Shown: positions 36,801-50,754, counted from the whole stretch's first letter. The stretch: DNA of 57,364 nt, filler included, from Dugesia japonica (GCA_001938525.1; 5 parts of 5 records of this genome joined end to end with filler, not necessarily neighbours in it), one strand, 5' to 3'. Made by a program: numbers and translations. The notes: generated by a model from the sequence alone, not told the origin.

Positions 36801-37748
36801 AGATGCAGGTTGAGGGTCGGTATCGATAATCAACTTTGAGCAGATATCGTTTTCTGGTAATTCGTATCGAGTTGTTGAAGATTCTGGCAAAGAAAATACA
36901 GAAAAATAATTCTTATTCAACAAATGCGAGATCATAAAGAAAATAGGAAATCGAATTTTTTTTAATTCAACCCAATAACTTATCAGTGTGTTAATAAGTG
37001 TTTGTATTTTTGTAAGTGTGTCNNNNNNNNNNNNNNNNNATATATATATATATTATAAAAAGAATCGATAATGGATTTTAAAACAAGGCTCGCAGCGACG
37101 TGTTGTTATTAGGCAAATCGCATCACTGTGTATTCAAACTACGATTGTTTGTGTGTTGAATTCAATTTCGACTTAGTATTTGTGTGTATTCATGAGTTGT
37201 GTGCATCGTTTAAGTAAGTATTGATTTTATAAGATGGTAAAAATATCTGAATACATTTATCCAATCGCATTTGAGTATTCCTAATCAATAATTGATTTCT
37301 TTGTCTCAACAAAATAGTAAAATAAAATTAATATTATAATTATAAATATAAATATAAAAAATAATCAATTACCTTGAGATAACTTTGATCCACTTGACGC
37401 ATTTAAAAAAGCTTTGGCGAGTATTTTCTGTTCTAATTCTTTAATTTTTGATTCATATTCTTCAACTGATTTGAAGCTTTTCATTTTTTCTTCCTTTGTT
37501 GACCAAGGAAAAATCGTTGGCATATAATCGACATGACTGGAATCGAGATTCGGTTTACCAGTTGCGAAATGTGAATTGCAAATCCGGGAATTCGATGAAA
37601 CAGTTCCGTATTTGATCCGTTCACCGATTTGATTAAGCCAAAGCTGTTTACGATCACTATTTTGCGGGAGACGATAAAATATTTTCCGTTTTTTACAATT
37701 GACGGACTCGGATTCACAATTGAGAATGCAGCAAAACAAAGTTGGCAT
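30851..37748 (-). CDS. THAP domain + tesmin/LIN-54-type CRC (CXC-hinge-CXC) protein, 7 exons, 999 aa
   Basis: Exons 37748-37373, 36883-36353, 35869-35525, 34711-34626, 34560-34472, 34418-34289, 32293-30851; all introns GT-AG and phase-compatible, total 3000 nt; [32 protein letters not shown]; CXC1 [17 protein letters not shown]; hinge [11 protein letters not shown]; CXC2 [21 protein letters not shown]. Confidence 0.88.
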
Positions 37749-39929
37749 GGTAATGATATATAGATTGTAATAAATAATGAAATAATAAATCACTAGACTG
37801 TGTTGGCAAATTTGAAATTGAAAATTGATGAAAAAAAGCCAGTACACGCGCTCTCCAAATGACACTGGAGAGTGATGAATAATCGATTCTTTATCACTGG
37901 CAAAATATTAGGCAACAAAATCACTCTATCTGCCTATCAAACATATCGATTAACAATGAGGTAGAGAATCAATACTGTAACTATGTGCCGGTCTGTGTGT
38001 CCGTTTATTGGCTGCAGTCATTAGTTAGACGATGGCTGGATAGATATAGCTACGATTCAACCAGCGTATTAGCTTTATACACACACTAACAACCTCTAAT
38101 TTGAATAGTATCGATCGACACTAGATTTTCATTTCAGTGTGGCTAACCCGGCCTGTGGTGAGACTACACTTGTATGCACACAGGTTTTTGTTTAATTTTT
38201 TTTAATTCAGTTTTTTGATAACAGCCAGCTAAAAATTCGGTGAAGGTTGAGAGCAAGTTTTTCAAAATTTGAGGATATAATAAAAATGAAATAATAATAA
38301 ATATTGATTTATTATGAAAATTAATTTTCAAACAAATTTTATTGGAGTGTATCGTGAGTGCTTGTGTGCATATTGAATATATGATAAAATTGATTAATTA
38401 TTTTGAATGTATGTGTATGTTCGTCGTAAAGTAATTGTGCTTCTATTGATTTAATTTTCAATGTCTATTTGAATTAAATATAATTAATTTGTTATAATAT
38501 CTTTAGGTTTTATTGATTTGTATATAGAAAAAAATATTTGTTTTCTATTTGAATAATATTTCAATTTTAACAAATTTTTGGTAAAATAAATTTATCTAGA
38601 TAAGGGAAAATCGATTTTTTCACTGTGGTCGATATCGTGATAGTCTGACACACACAGACAAATTGATGCCAGTTGGCAACGGAGTAGAGGCTTGGAGCAT
38701 TACAATCAGCAATTCTCAGGGGCCAAAAATCAATGTTATCGACACATTAGACTGGCTCATTCGAATTGGAAAAGGAAAACATATCGATTGAGATTCTGAC
38801 TTAATTAAGATATAGAAAATATTTTTCATAAATCAATTTTATCCTATTTCATTAATAAACTAGGGGTCAACAAAGATCAATATGGATTTTTTTAGCTCTG
38901 CATTTTTTTATTCACCATTAATATTAATATATTTTCCAATTAAATTTAAAATTATTTCATAATGAAAGCAGAATAATATCCAGTACAATTAAGAATAAAA
39001 TTAATTTGATTTCTTAGTGAAAACTAAAAGTGAAAAGCTGTGCAGTTATAAAGGTTAATGAGTATTGAATTTTGTAAAACCAGATGATTTATTTCTTGGG
39101 AAGAAATTTTTTTAATTTAAAAATAATAATTCGAGTCATTATTATTAGTTTGTAAATAAATGAGTTTATCATAAAACTAAATTTCTAACATCGCAACCCA
39201 CTAAATGATACAATATTTTTCTCTGTGTAAATCAACTTTNNNNNNNNNNNNNNNNNNNNNNNNNNNNNNNNNNNNNNNNNNNNNNNNNNNNNNNNNNNNN
39301 NNNNNNNNNNATTATTAAACTATGATGTTTCTTTCTATTCCGATTTTTATGCAATTCTTAATGAGATTTAATTATTGAAAATTATTGGATTATTAAATTG
39401 GTATTTTTAATTAATCTTACTAAATTAGACATACAAATGATAGATATTTCCCATATTAATTTAGAATTTATAATTTGTTAGAGGCATTAAAGACTCTTCT
39501 AGATTAACGAGATCTATTAGTTTCTATTTTATTACAAATACCGAGTAAATTAATCAGTATGTTTTAATAGTGTTTCGATTTTGTAAAGTAGTATTATCTT
39601 TGACAATCTGTAGTTATGGTTCACCCCTAAAATCTGATCATATGTTCTTATAATTTAAAGAATTATTATTAGAACTATTGTTGAAGTTAACCATTAATTG
39701 CTATTTTATAATTTCTAATTTAATAGAATTCAATTTATCTAATTTTTTGTAGTATATCGATTCGTTGTCAAGCTAATAAACCTAATTGTTTCCTATGCAA
39801 TAGTCGTCTCTGTAAGCAAAAACTAATGGTTTAGTTGTCAAGGTCATGATTTGTGTCTAGCGGAACCTTGAAAGAAAATTTCAATTCAAACTAGTTCCTA
39901 ATGTTGATGCTATTGATGCTGAACCTTTT

Positions 39930-40313
39930 GTTGTTTACGATGAATTGATGAAGAAGTATCCGACTTGAATCCTTCGGAAGCGTGTCTTGTTTTATTCAGA
40001 CAGTGTCAAGCCACACAAATTCCAACATGACTAAAGAGATATTTGAAAAGTTGCATGGTGTCAAGATTTTATCACATTCATCACTTCCGTCTTTCAGATC
40101 TATGCAGCACATATTGAATGGTCGTCGATTTGAATCATTTGATAAAGTCAAAAAAGCATGTTAGCAGTTCTTTCATTCAAATAAGATAGATTGGTACAGA
40201 TTGAAGAATAATGATGGACTGTATTTGAATAGTTGTTATTATTTTTTAAATTTAATAAAATATTCGTTTTATATTTTTTCGCAATTGTAACAAAACCTTT
40301 GGGACAACGTAAT
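39930..40313 (+). mobile_element. Mariner (DD34D-type) 3' fragment
   Basis: FRSMQHILNGRRFESFDKVKKAC*QFFHSNKIDWY; TIR-like caaaacctttgggacaacgtaa. Confidence 0.7.
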
Positions 40314-40569
40314 GATTAAATGAAATTAACTAATGGAACATAGTGAATATCTTTAGAAAGTTTGGTGTATATTTATTTAAATTTCATAAAATCTATGTGC
40401 CCCCAACAGACTTTACTTATAAATTAATGTATAACTGCCAATAAATTGCTGTATATTTTACAGGGTTTTTCCATAATATAAATCGTTATTAACTATTATT
40501 TAAAATTTAGATATAAAATATTCAAATATAATTCTATATTTATTAAAATAAAATATCATGTTTTTTTTA

Positions 40570-41110
40570 ATCAATTAAATGGTTGTCTTTCCAAAGCATT
40601 TGGTAATAAATCTCTGGTATATTCAAAGGCTCTAATAAAATTACCTTCAAAACCTCTCATAATATTCTCAACTCTTTATTTTAACTCTTCTCTTGATTTT
40701 GGAGAGGGTGTGATAGCTCTGAATTTCGCCTTAACTTCACTAAAAAAATTCGCAATTGGGCTGACATCCGGTGAATATGGTGGTAAGAACTTATAAGAAA
40801 TTAAATAAAATAATACATCAGATCTATGATGGAAACAACAATTATTCATCACTATTAATGAAAAAAGATCATTCCTAAAATAAATAAATTTTTATATTTT
40901 TATTCTAAAAATAAAGAATGAGATGTGAAAAATTCAGAAAAGACTCCGTTATATTCTCCATCAATCGAATTATATTCAACTGTGCTAATTAAGGAGATGG
41001 CTGCCATCAAACATCTCCCCCCATTAGCGGGAAAAGTAAAATAAGCTTTTTTATAAAAAATTGATACTATTCGATAGGTAATTTTACCAATAACACGGTT
41101 AAAAATCACA
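40570..41110 (-). mobile_element. IS630/Tc1-like transposase remnant
   Basis: LMAAIS..IDGEYNG; LIVMNNCCFHH..FLPPYSPDVSPIANFFSEVK. Confidence 0.75.
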
Positions 41111-41401
41111 AAACCTCATACATAAAAATTTATAGAAAAAACAAGTACTTTAGTAGATAGATAGTAGCAGTCCGCACCACACACACATTCAGTAGCCCCC
41201 CGCCCCCGCCATGACGTAATGAAATTTAATCCTAATGTATTTAGTTGGGAATTTTAAAAATCGCATCATTAAGTAATATTACTTAATTTGGTGTTACTTT
41301 TTCCCTGTGTATTTAGTTGGGAAAGTTTTTTGCACACAAATCATGTCATGAGATTAATTTCATCGGTGAAATTTTACGTAATAGGATTAACTGGTGTTAC
41401 T

Positions 41402-41501
41402 NNNNNNNNNNNNNNNNNNNNNNNNNNNNNNNNNNNNNNNNNNNNTTAATTAATTAANNNNNNNNNNNNNNNNNNNNNNNNNNNNNNNNNNNNNNNNNNN
41501 N
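41402..41501. other. Artificial scaffold-joining linker
   Basis: N run + TTAATTAATTAA (41446-41457) + N run. Confidence 0.95.
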
Positions 41502-41659
41502 GACTCATCGTTTTTCTAGATCAGGGTGACTCATCATTTTTCAAAAAATTTTCTATGTCAGAACAAAGACCCCCCGGGGGAGGGTAAGAAAAATTTTTTT
41601 TTTTAAATTTTTTTTAAATTTTTTTTTTAAAATTTTTTTTTAAAATTGTTTTTTTTAAT

Positions 41660-41931
41660 TTTAAATACATTAAATACATCTATATTAAAATATGCTTTTA
41701 TCCTTTATTAATTTCTAAATATAAAATCATCTCCATCAAATTCACTTGCCACAAATTGTCAATACCAAACGTTTATACGCTCTTGTGGGAAATCCTTTCA
41801 ACGATGGTTTGTTAAGACTGTACGCTAGTTGTCTCGATAACCACTTTTTAGTCTTTGATTTTGTTTTTTGACCTGCTTTCATTAATTTCTTTACGCTACG
41901 AAAATTTCGGGATTTTCTGCTTCCGTTAATA
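41660..41931 (-). pseudogene. Maverick retroviral-like integrase, N-terminal fragment
   Basis: NFRSVKKL..KKWLSRQLAYSLNKP..FPTR then FGIDNLWQVNLMEM..NKG*KHIL (cf. WLxxQxAYTLHKP..GIDxxWQADL). Confidence 0.8.
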
Positions 41932-42026
41932 TNNNNNNNNNNNNNNNNNNNNNNNNNNNNNNNNNNNNNNNNNNNNNNNNNNNNNNNNNNNNNNNNNNNN
42001 NNNNNNNNNNNNNNNNNNNNNNNNNT

Positions 42027-42351
42027 TAATTCTAGTTTTGCTAATGCATTTGGTAGTAATGCTGCTATAAAACCGCTGTCTTGTTTATTTACAAGTCGTC
42101 TCATTGATTTCCTACTTTTTGGATTTACAAGTGTTAATAATGTTCGTTTGTTTTTTCAATACTTTCTTCCTAGCGTTGCTCATATTTACATTACCGCAAA
42201 CAATATTTATAATAATCTCAAGTAAATCATCAAAAACAAACGTTAGAAATAATTTCAAAATTTTCATTCTCCCCGATTTTGGAGGTTTAATTAATGGCGT
42301 AAAAACGGAATATTTCGATGTATTTTCATTTTTATTTAAATAATAATACAT
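42027..42351 (-). pseudogene. Conserved small Maverick protein
   Basis: LLEIIINIVCGNVNMSNARKKVLKK..RRLVNKQDSGFIAALLP matches the EIxxNxLxGNV..QxGGFLxxLL pattern. Confidence 0.7.
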
Positions 42352-42569
42352 AACCAGTTATTCATTTATAATGATATCCATTTTCCATTTACTTTTGAAA
42401 TTCTTTTTTCATACATTTATGAGAGTTTTATGATTGCTTCTTCCTCTCGGTTCTTCTTATAGTATGCGTTTTATTTTTACGATATGCTACCGCGTTTCAT
42501 TTTTGGAATACTTTTTATCTAATCAACTAGAAATGTTTTAAATTCCGACATTTTTTAAAAATAAATAAA

Positions 42570-43195
42570 TATTTACTTTGTTTGTTTATACACAGTGATA
42601 CCATTAGGGTTGAAAATGTCGATTCGCACTCTTATTTCATCTGGACATTAATGTGTAAAGTCAAGAAACAGATAACCATGTGGGATTACTGTTGCATCTT
42701 GAAATTAATCAATTAGAAATTTTCAATTACTAGGATAAGCTTGCCTTGTTAGGAAATCAAAATATGTTTGATCTCTTGGGTTTTTAAATAGAAGCAAATA
42801 TGGTATGTTTAAAATACTTGTCCTGTGACTTCTTCCTTGGTGGAATGGATTTTGAGTAATGAATATCAGTCACATTACAATGTCTTGATCTTTTGTAAAT
42901 AAATTGATAAAATCATTTTCTTCATTATCTTCCTGGTATAGATCATCAACAACAATCCCATCACTTGGTTTCAATCTTTTGCTCCAGTTTTAATCAAATC
43001 TCTTTATAATTTTCATTGTAATGTTGCAAAATTCTGATTGTATTAATCCATGCTCTTCATTTGCACCTCTGTGGCAATATATTTTATAAAAATTTGATTT
43101 AAAGAAATTTGTTTTAGTAACTTTCATGCAAATAAGGTTTTCCGTTACCGCTTGGACAAACAATTTGATATACAGCATCATTTCTCAACTTCATT
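42570..43195 (-). pseudogene. Maverick packaging ATPase, frameshifted
   Basis: Walker A IVCPSGNGK, Walker B IVVDDL, LFTK/SRHCNV, FITQNPF..LNIPYLLLFKNPRD, DATVIPHGYLFLD..CPDEIRVR. Confidence 0.85.
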
Positions 43196-44425
43196 TTATA
43201 TCAATATTTCATTTAATGCATTGTTTAAAATGCTTCTTTTATCCCAGAAAAACTGATTTTCGCCTAATTTAATTTATTTTTTGGTTAAAATTAATTAATT
43301 TTTTCTTGCTAATTAACTATTATTTTTAATTATAATTTTCCAGTTTTTATAATAGTAAATTATTTTCTTTTGATTATGCGATTGATTTGAACCCATATTT
43401 CATTCAACCGGTATCTTCTTATTATCTATTGTATTTTCCTCAGGTTTTTTATTGATAAAACGATTATAATTCTGACTAGATGATAATAAGACCTTACTAG
43501 TTTTCTTTGCAGCCCCCTCTGTTATTACTTTTGATTTGGGCCNNNNNNNNNNNNNNNNNNNNNNNNNNNNNNNNNNNNNNNNNNNNNNNNNNNNNNNNNN
43601 NNNNNNNNNNNNNNNNNNNNNTAAAATTCTGTAAACTTTCTGTATTCAAAAGTGATAGACAATACATTATCTTTAGTTAAAGTTATTATTATTGGTTGCA
43701 TTTTAAAATTAATGAAAATTTATTGAAAGTTTTTGCTTATATACTCGATGACGATAAGCATAGTTTGTGTGTGTAATTGTTTCATTGTTTGTTATTTGTT
43801 TAAATTATGTGTGGTTCTTTATTCTATTTTGATGGGTTATTCTTTGTTTAAACACTATAATTGCAAAAGTAGTGCAATACAATTTCAAGTAAAACAAAGC
43901 ATATCCATGTTTTTATTAGCTGAATTTAATTGGACAGATTGTGTTGCATGAGATTTGTATATATTAAACAATTCATTGTCTATTTAAATACGATTTAAAA
44001 ATGATTCTATATAATGTAAAAGAGATTAGTGAACAGGGTAAAGCATTTTATTTATTATTATTGTTTAATTTTTCTTTAAATCTTGCAAGAAAGATACTAA
44101 AAGAAATGTATCCAAAATTGTAAAGTTAATCAAAACGATTCGGACAAGACGATTACTGAAACTCTGTTTTAAAACCAAAATATTTTGATTTCAAAGATGT
44201 ATTATTGTTGGGGTGAAACACCGGCCTACGAAGTAAGGATCAATTGAGTGCCATAACTACAACTAAAAGAAACAAGAAAGCCAAGAGGGCCAGTTAATAA
44301 TCAAATTATTTCGGAAAGATATTTATCAGGACAAGAAGATAACGATTTTCAGAGAAAAATACAGAAAATATTAAGAAAAATAATAAAAGATAGTGGCGCA
44401 TTGCTTGCATTGATTTTTCAATGAA

Positions 44426-44563
44426 GAAAACCGGCAAAAAAATTGAAAGAAATTTAAAAACGGGCATAAAAAATTTAAAAGAAATTTAAAAACGGGCATA
44501 AAATTTAAAAGAAATTTAAAAGAAATTTAAAAACGGGCATAAAATTTAAAAGAAATTTAAAAA
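44426..44563 (+). repeat. Minisatellite, unit of about 30 bp AAAAACGGGCATAAAATTTAAAAGAAATTT, 4 copies
   Basis: Direct inspection. Confidence 0.85.
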
Positions 44564-45919
44564 GTGGATTGATTAAATTATAATATTCAAAGAAAATAGA
44601 TTTTACAATTTAAATAAATATTAATTTGATATAATTGAATTTAAAAGAGCTTAATTTAAATTAAATATGACTCGAATATTCTAGAGTCGATTGTTTAAAT
44701 GCATCTATGTAATTAATAAATACACACCTATTCTAAAACCTATATAAACATAATATNTAATTGTTTATTTATTATTTCAACTGAGGATGTCAGTAACTCT
44801 TACCATGGAAAATTCGTCTAAACTAGAATTCGAATGTGAAAAACCAAGAAATTACTTCAAGCATGAGATTATTTTCTTAAAGAAATCAATAAATTATACT
44901 TTTCAAGAAAGATTTAATTTGCTTATTACTTTTTTAATACTTTTATTTAGGATCCAGTAAAAGTAAAGCCTTGTCTTTATGATTTGTATATTTCTGACAT
45001 CATAGATCAATTTTATTAAGAGGAGTTATGAAATATATTTGAAATTATAATAATCGGCATTAAATCAAAATAGAAAATAATAAGCAAAAAATTAAATTAT
45101 TTTCAAAAGAAAAAGGAAACTAATTCAACGAAAATGTGAAAAAAAGGCATTGGAGAAGGGCAGGGAAAGAAAATCTAGATAGTTTAGAGGATGAGGAATT
45201 CGATGTAGTCAACAAAAGAAAATTAACATCACTAGAAGGATCGGTAAAGGTTATAAAGATTGGACCAATGAGAGACCTTAGACAAAGCGATTAAAAAATA
45301 ACAAAAAAAATCAGAAGGTGTTTAAAAATAGGCACCAATAGAACAGATGAAATTCACATAAGAAATCTAAGAATCATACCATACAAACGGAGGAAACCAG
45401 ATTTAAAATTACGAGTCAGTCAAAATCAAGCAAGGGTGCGAGGTAAAATGGTATAAAACCCCCCAAATTTTGGAGAAAGACAACACAAAATTTTATTTTT
45501 ATTATTTGGAGAGAATAGAGCTAAAAATAATATTTCTTAATCTCGGCTAATTTGTACTGTACTACGTATAAAAGTTGGAAACAGTTACTGTTCAAAAACA
45601 AAACTTTTCATAAAACAGGGGCACGATTCAAAGAACAGAAGATCTTACAAGTCGGTTATACAAGTTTAATCGTAACTCAAATTAAATAAATTGATTGTAG
45701 AATATATTAAAGTGGGAAACAGAGAAAAATCACTTACTCAAGCCATCATTACTGGTTGCAGAAATTTTCGATTTATAAACCAGTAAATTTTCGTTCATTG
45801 TTAATTAATCAAATATGTAATCTTTATTTTTAATACATATTGTTATACGTTGAGAATTGATTATTTCTTTTTAACATTATCATGATTGACGAATAAGATT
45901 ATAAACTTTCCAAGAATAA

Positions 45920-47870
45920 TAGTATTTGATTAACACAGGGTTCATATATCCTGTCGTCTTGCAGAGCTGTAGAGCATTCACAACCCGTTGTGATTTAATC
46001 CAATATTCCATAACTCATGGGATGCCATAATTCCACACAAGCGACGACTCATTTTCTGGATTGTGTGTGTAATATGTCCGACCATTAACCGATAAATGAG
46101 TCTTGTTAACTCTAACAGAAATGTGTGACCAGATCGGAGAGTGAGAATTTCCTGATCTCTATTATCATAACCTAACTGCCGTTGTTTAACTCTGACGATG
46201 GATTTTATGTGCTCCTCTNNNNNNNNNNNNNNNNNNNNNNNNNNNNNNNNNNNNNNNNNNNNNNNNNNNNNNNNNNNNNNNNNNNNNNNNNNNNNNNNNN
46301 NNNNNNNNNNNNNNNNNNNNNNNNNNNNNNNNNNNNNNNNNNNNNNNNNNNNNNNNNNNNNNNNNNNNNNNNNNNNNNNNNNNNNNNNNNNNNNNNTAAT
46401 AATAATATTCCCACTAGATCATCATAGTCTTTTATTATTACTAAAATTGGTACTGTGGTTATTACTTTTGCGAGTATTCTTAGCACTACTAATAATTTTA
46501 GAATGGTTGTCAATATTCTTTTTGTTATCATTCTCAGTTCTATTAATATTATAAGTATTATTATTCTTATTATTATTACTATTGTTATTATTTCTATTAT
46601 TCTTATTATTATAATTATAATTATTGTCATTATTCTTAATATGAATATTATTGCTATTTTTATGATTATCATTATTATTACTATTATTATTATCATGGCT
46701 ACTAGTTACATTGTGTCAATTTAGTTATTACTATTATATTAATATTGTTCCTATGAGCCTTATTACTTTGTTTGGTTACTACTGTTAATACTATTATTAT
46801 TAGGATTTATAAAATCATCATATTCACGTTATAAGTTTAAACTGAGTATGATCATGATCACAATCGCACTTAACCCGTAGTCAATAATTAGAATCATTGA
46901 TACAAATACTATTTCTGGGTAGTTGACATCATTTAATAATAGGTCAACGGGGTATGAAAATTAAGTACTACAGGCTGGAGATTACTTCGCTTGTTTTTGA
47001 TAATATGCTTAATGATTACCTGTTTAAGCATTAGCTTTTACACATTTATGATCAAAGGTCTCACTACTATGAATTCACAGTATTAACATTTTTGTCAATA
47101 GGGTCTTCTGCTTAGATGTATTTGCATTCATACCCATAACAATCTTGTTACCTAGATAATCATCTAACTTGAAACGTATTTCCCAAAATTAATCCTATTA
47201 TTTAGAAATATATAAGTTGAACTGCGTAACGCTTTACGTCTAATTCTCAAATTTTGGAGTTCAGTGCGGCTGAAACAACTTATCGGACATCTTATTTTTC
47301 CTGTATTAGTGTAGCACCCAGATGAGACAGATTTAAGTTGTTTTCAGGAGATGTTTTCTATAGAATTTGATGATGATGTAGATTGTGACTCTTAAGTCGG
47401 AATGACTTTAAATTTTTGATATTTGCTAAATAAAATCATTGTCCATTATTTGTTGCCAATATTTACTTCTTGTAATTGCTGTATTTACATAATCACTTTT
47501 GTATTTTATTGAACGCTCTGTTTGGATTTTACAATATTTCTTATTTAGTGACTCAATATCGTTAGAATTTAGTACTAGATCGGTTCACCAGCCGAATGGT
47601 TTCTAAGAGGTTCAAAAACCCATACAATACGGATGCAGGAGTATTGGTAGATCGTTTCAATCTGCCAAATTGGGACGCGAATTTTGAAAGACGTGCCGAC
47701 GCAGCAAATCGACAACTTTACTACAATTGAACAGGCCCCGATCAGAATGTTTCTCTCGTTTCTCCTTTTCCCTCTTCGTCTACTCGACAAGAATTAGAAG
47801 ATTGTTTTGGAAACGCCAGCTTGAATCATTTGTCGACGTAATTTGATCCCTCCATGACCGTGAGAATAAT
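45920..47870 (-). mobile_element. Possible decayed LTR-retrotransposon gag with Asn-rich (AAT) low-complexity tract
   Basis: Stop-riddled coding-like sequence, AAT-rich tract 46400-46800, degenerate knuckles RLCGIMASH and QLCKTTGY. Confidence 0.3.
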
Positions 47871-50754
47871 TAAGGAAGCGCCTTCCAATAGAACCATTAA
47901 AGATTAACAAGGTTACTCAAACACGAAATTAATATTAGTTGGACTTTAAATAAATAGTTTTGTTAATTCTTTAGTTAATTCGATTAACTCTCTTTATATA
48001 GTTTGTACCTGATTTTCTTTAGTGCCAAGAGTTGAACTACCAAATTCATAGAGGCGGTGTCACAAATTGTTGACCAAATTTATTATTGAACACCATTACT
48101 CAAAAGATTGTGAACGATCGCTTCTACAGCTCTTTTCTCAAAATAATCGCCTTATAAAAAAAATTTGAATTGGTAAACAAGAAGCAATTAGCGATTGTCA
48201 ACCGGATAAACCTGTAGCTAGCTAATAAGATCGTCTTTCTTCAACAATATATTGCCTACCTGTCTTCCCGCCTTGAGTTAAGACATTGGAATGATGATGA
48301 CGACGAGGCCGCGTTTGATTTCACGGACGATGCATCCGTTGAATGGCTCGATCCAGGAGCTTTTGATTAAATGTAGAGAAATAAATCGTAGTAAGTATAT
48401 GAGTTGTCTTCGTTTTTAATCCATTATTAATTAATGGGAAATATGAACCTGAATTAAAGGTTTACGGGTGTGACTTCAAGTAAGTGTTGGGAGCTCACAG
48501 CTCTGCACCGAAAGCCTAAATGTGGGACTTTAGAAAAATTCTACGAGGGGTCCACTGAGGGCTACCTTTTGCCCCAGATATGTTTTTCTATCTTCAACTC
48601 ATGTGGAACCCTAGCATTATTCTTTTAGATCATAAATTCTATTTGGCAACCAAAAATGTTGACGATCCGTATCTATACACGCTTATGAACGAACTAATAT
48701 TAAATTGGTTAAAATGATTAAATTTATTGTTATTAAATACGTTATAGTTTTTAAATTGTTTTTCTTTATTTTTAATGTAAGAAACATTTTAGACTTTAAA
48801 TAATATTTTGAAAGAAAAAAACATTTACCCAAGATTTTCACTAGGAAGGAAATATTCGAGTTCATTTTACATTCCTATTATTGAATCCATGTATCCAAAA
48901 TGTACTAAAAAGCATTNTTAATTGTGTTGTAAAATAATTTTTTCTGTTTATTCTTGTTTGTTCAATTCAATTCTTATTTAGTTGTAATAAAAAATATTTA
49001 ATTAAGCTCAACTTTCACTATGAAGGAAACATTTTAATATTTGAGTTCCTATTTTACTTTTTCATAGTCTATATTTTAAATAAAACATTTTTACACGATT
49101 TTCACTATGAAAGAAGCGTTTTACAGTACAGGTTCATAAGAGATTCCTATCTTATTTTTTAATTTCCTATCTAACCAAACCTTCTATTTTTCAATAAAAT
49201 GAAAAATGGGCTACTTACTCTCACGTCCTTCTTTTTACACCATGAAGGAAGCGTTTTTCGTAATTATTCTTTAGGCTATGTTTAGACAATTTTTAATTTT
49301 AAGGTTAATGATATCATTTTCAAGTTAAAAAATTGAAAGCTACCCCTAAATTCAAAATTCTTAATGTGTGAAATATCTTAAAAACCAAGCTTTTCTACTG
49401 AAAAAAATGGATATATGAAATTTAGACAATTAAATTTTCTATCTTTTTGCGTTATTTCTAAAAGTGGCGGCTACTTACCCTTTTCCATTTTTTTAAAGTA
49501 AAATATGTGTACCGCCGACACACAGACCGAATATTCAGAGATGACAGAAGTTTTTAGAATTAAATTCTGCATCTATATGTTTAAAGTTGAATTTCTTACC
49601 ACATTTCCTTCGACGGCTAAGGCGGTGCTGATTCACCATAACCCTTATCTCCGAAACGAAGCACTTTTTGATAGTAGTTTTTTAAGTCATGTATAAATAC
49701 TTTTTGATTTTAGAAAAAATGAAATCGGTCTCGACTCAAAAAAATTAAAATTTNAAAATTTGAAATAACCCTTCATGTTGACGTACCACAAACGTGTAAC
49801 GCAAGAATTAGGTTTGTCATTACATTACAATTCCAACAATTCAAAATTTTCTTTAATTAAATCAAAAATTGACCACAAAAATTTAATTTAAATATTTTAA
49901 AAAAATGAAAGGTAAAAATAAAAAGTTTAAAAAATTAAAAAATTTTCAGTCCAAATTTTCTCAGCCTACGGGGGGTTAGGCTGATACGCCACTGTCTACC
50001 TAAAAAGAAAATCAAAAATTTGATTCCATTTTTTTTAGATAAAATGTTGAAATTTATCTTTTCCGTGAAATTAAGTTTGTGCTAACAATTTTTTATTGTC
50101 ATTTACAACATAATATTTCACTAAATTGTGAAGCAGTACAATATAATACGGAATACGTTTGTTTAAGTTGTGTAAAACATTACGTACAGCTCGAAAAAAC
50201 TATACTGTGGGAATTTTAGGCTTTTGATGTTTCCTATTACCAGCAACTCTGTTGGTAAGTAGGTACTGGTGGATTTTTTCGTATTATTTCCTCGATAGTA
50301 TTTTTTTGGAATCTTTGCCACTTAACTAATTGATCAATTCTTCTAAGAATTTTTTTGACGTNATGTTATTAAGAAGAAATCAGTTGTAATAAATATTTAT
50401 TTAATTACACCTTAATTCTCATATTATTCAAACAAATATATTTCATATAGATGACACCAAGAAACAGATATGAAAGACAATGAAATACTTTTCTTATCTT
50501 TATACTATGAAAATAAATTCTCTTTCTATTCCAAGCAACATCAAGCATTTCAGTAAATATTTGTAAGCATATATCAAATGAAAAGCTTGATCTTATTCTA
50601 AGTTTTAAAACAACATCTCAATATTGAGTATTCATTTAATGTTATTCATTTTACTTGTATATTTTTCAATAATTAATATTTATTATGAATGAAAAATTTA
50701 ATATAATGTAAAATATTTATAATGTTATAATAATGACAATAAATTATCAATAGA

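Noticed and set aside
37373-37748. THAP exon as an isolated P-element transposase remnant
   Set aside because: No transposase core or TIRs; the exon is intact and splices in phase to the downstream exons
41150-41401. AGTAG-rich, C-rich stretch resembling a Maverick TIR start
   Set aside because: Scaffold ends before any gene or partner repeat; the Maverick genes beyond the linker are on another scaffold
46182-46724. Ile-rich hydrophobic ORFs (also 28270-28591)
   Set aside because: Translations of AAT/TTA low-complexity DNA and N gaps
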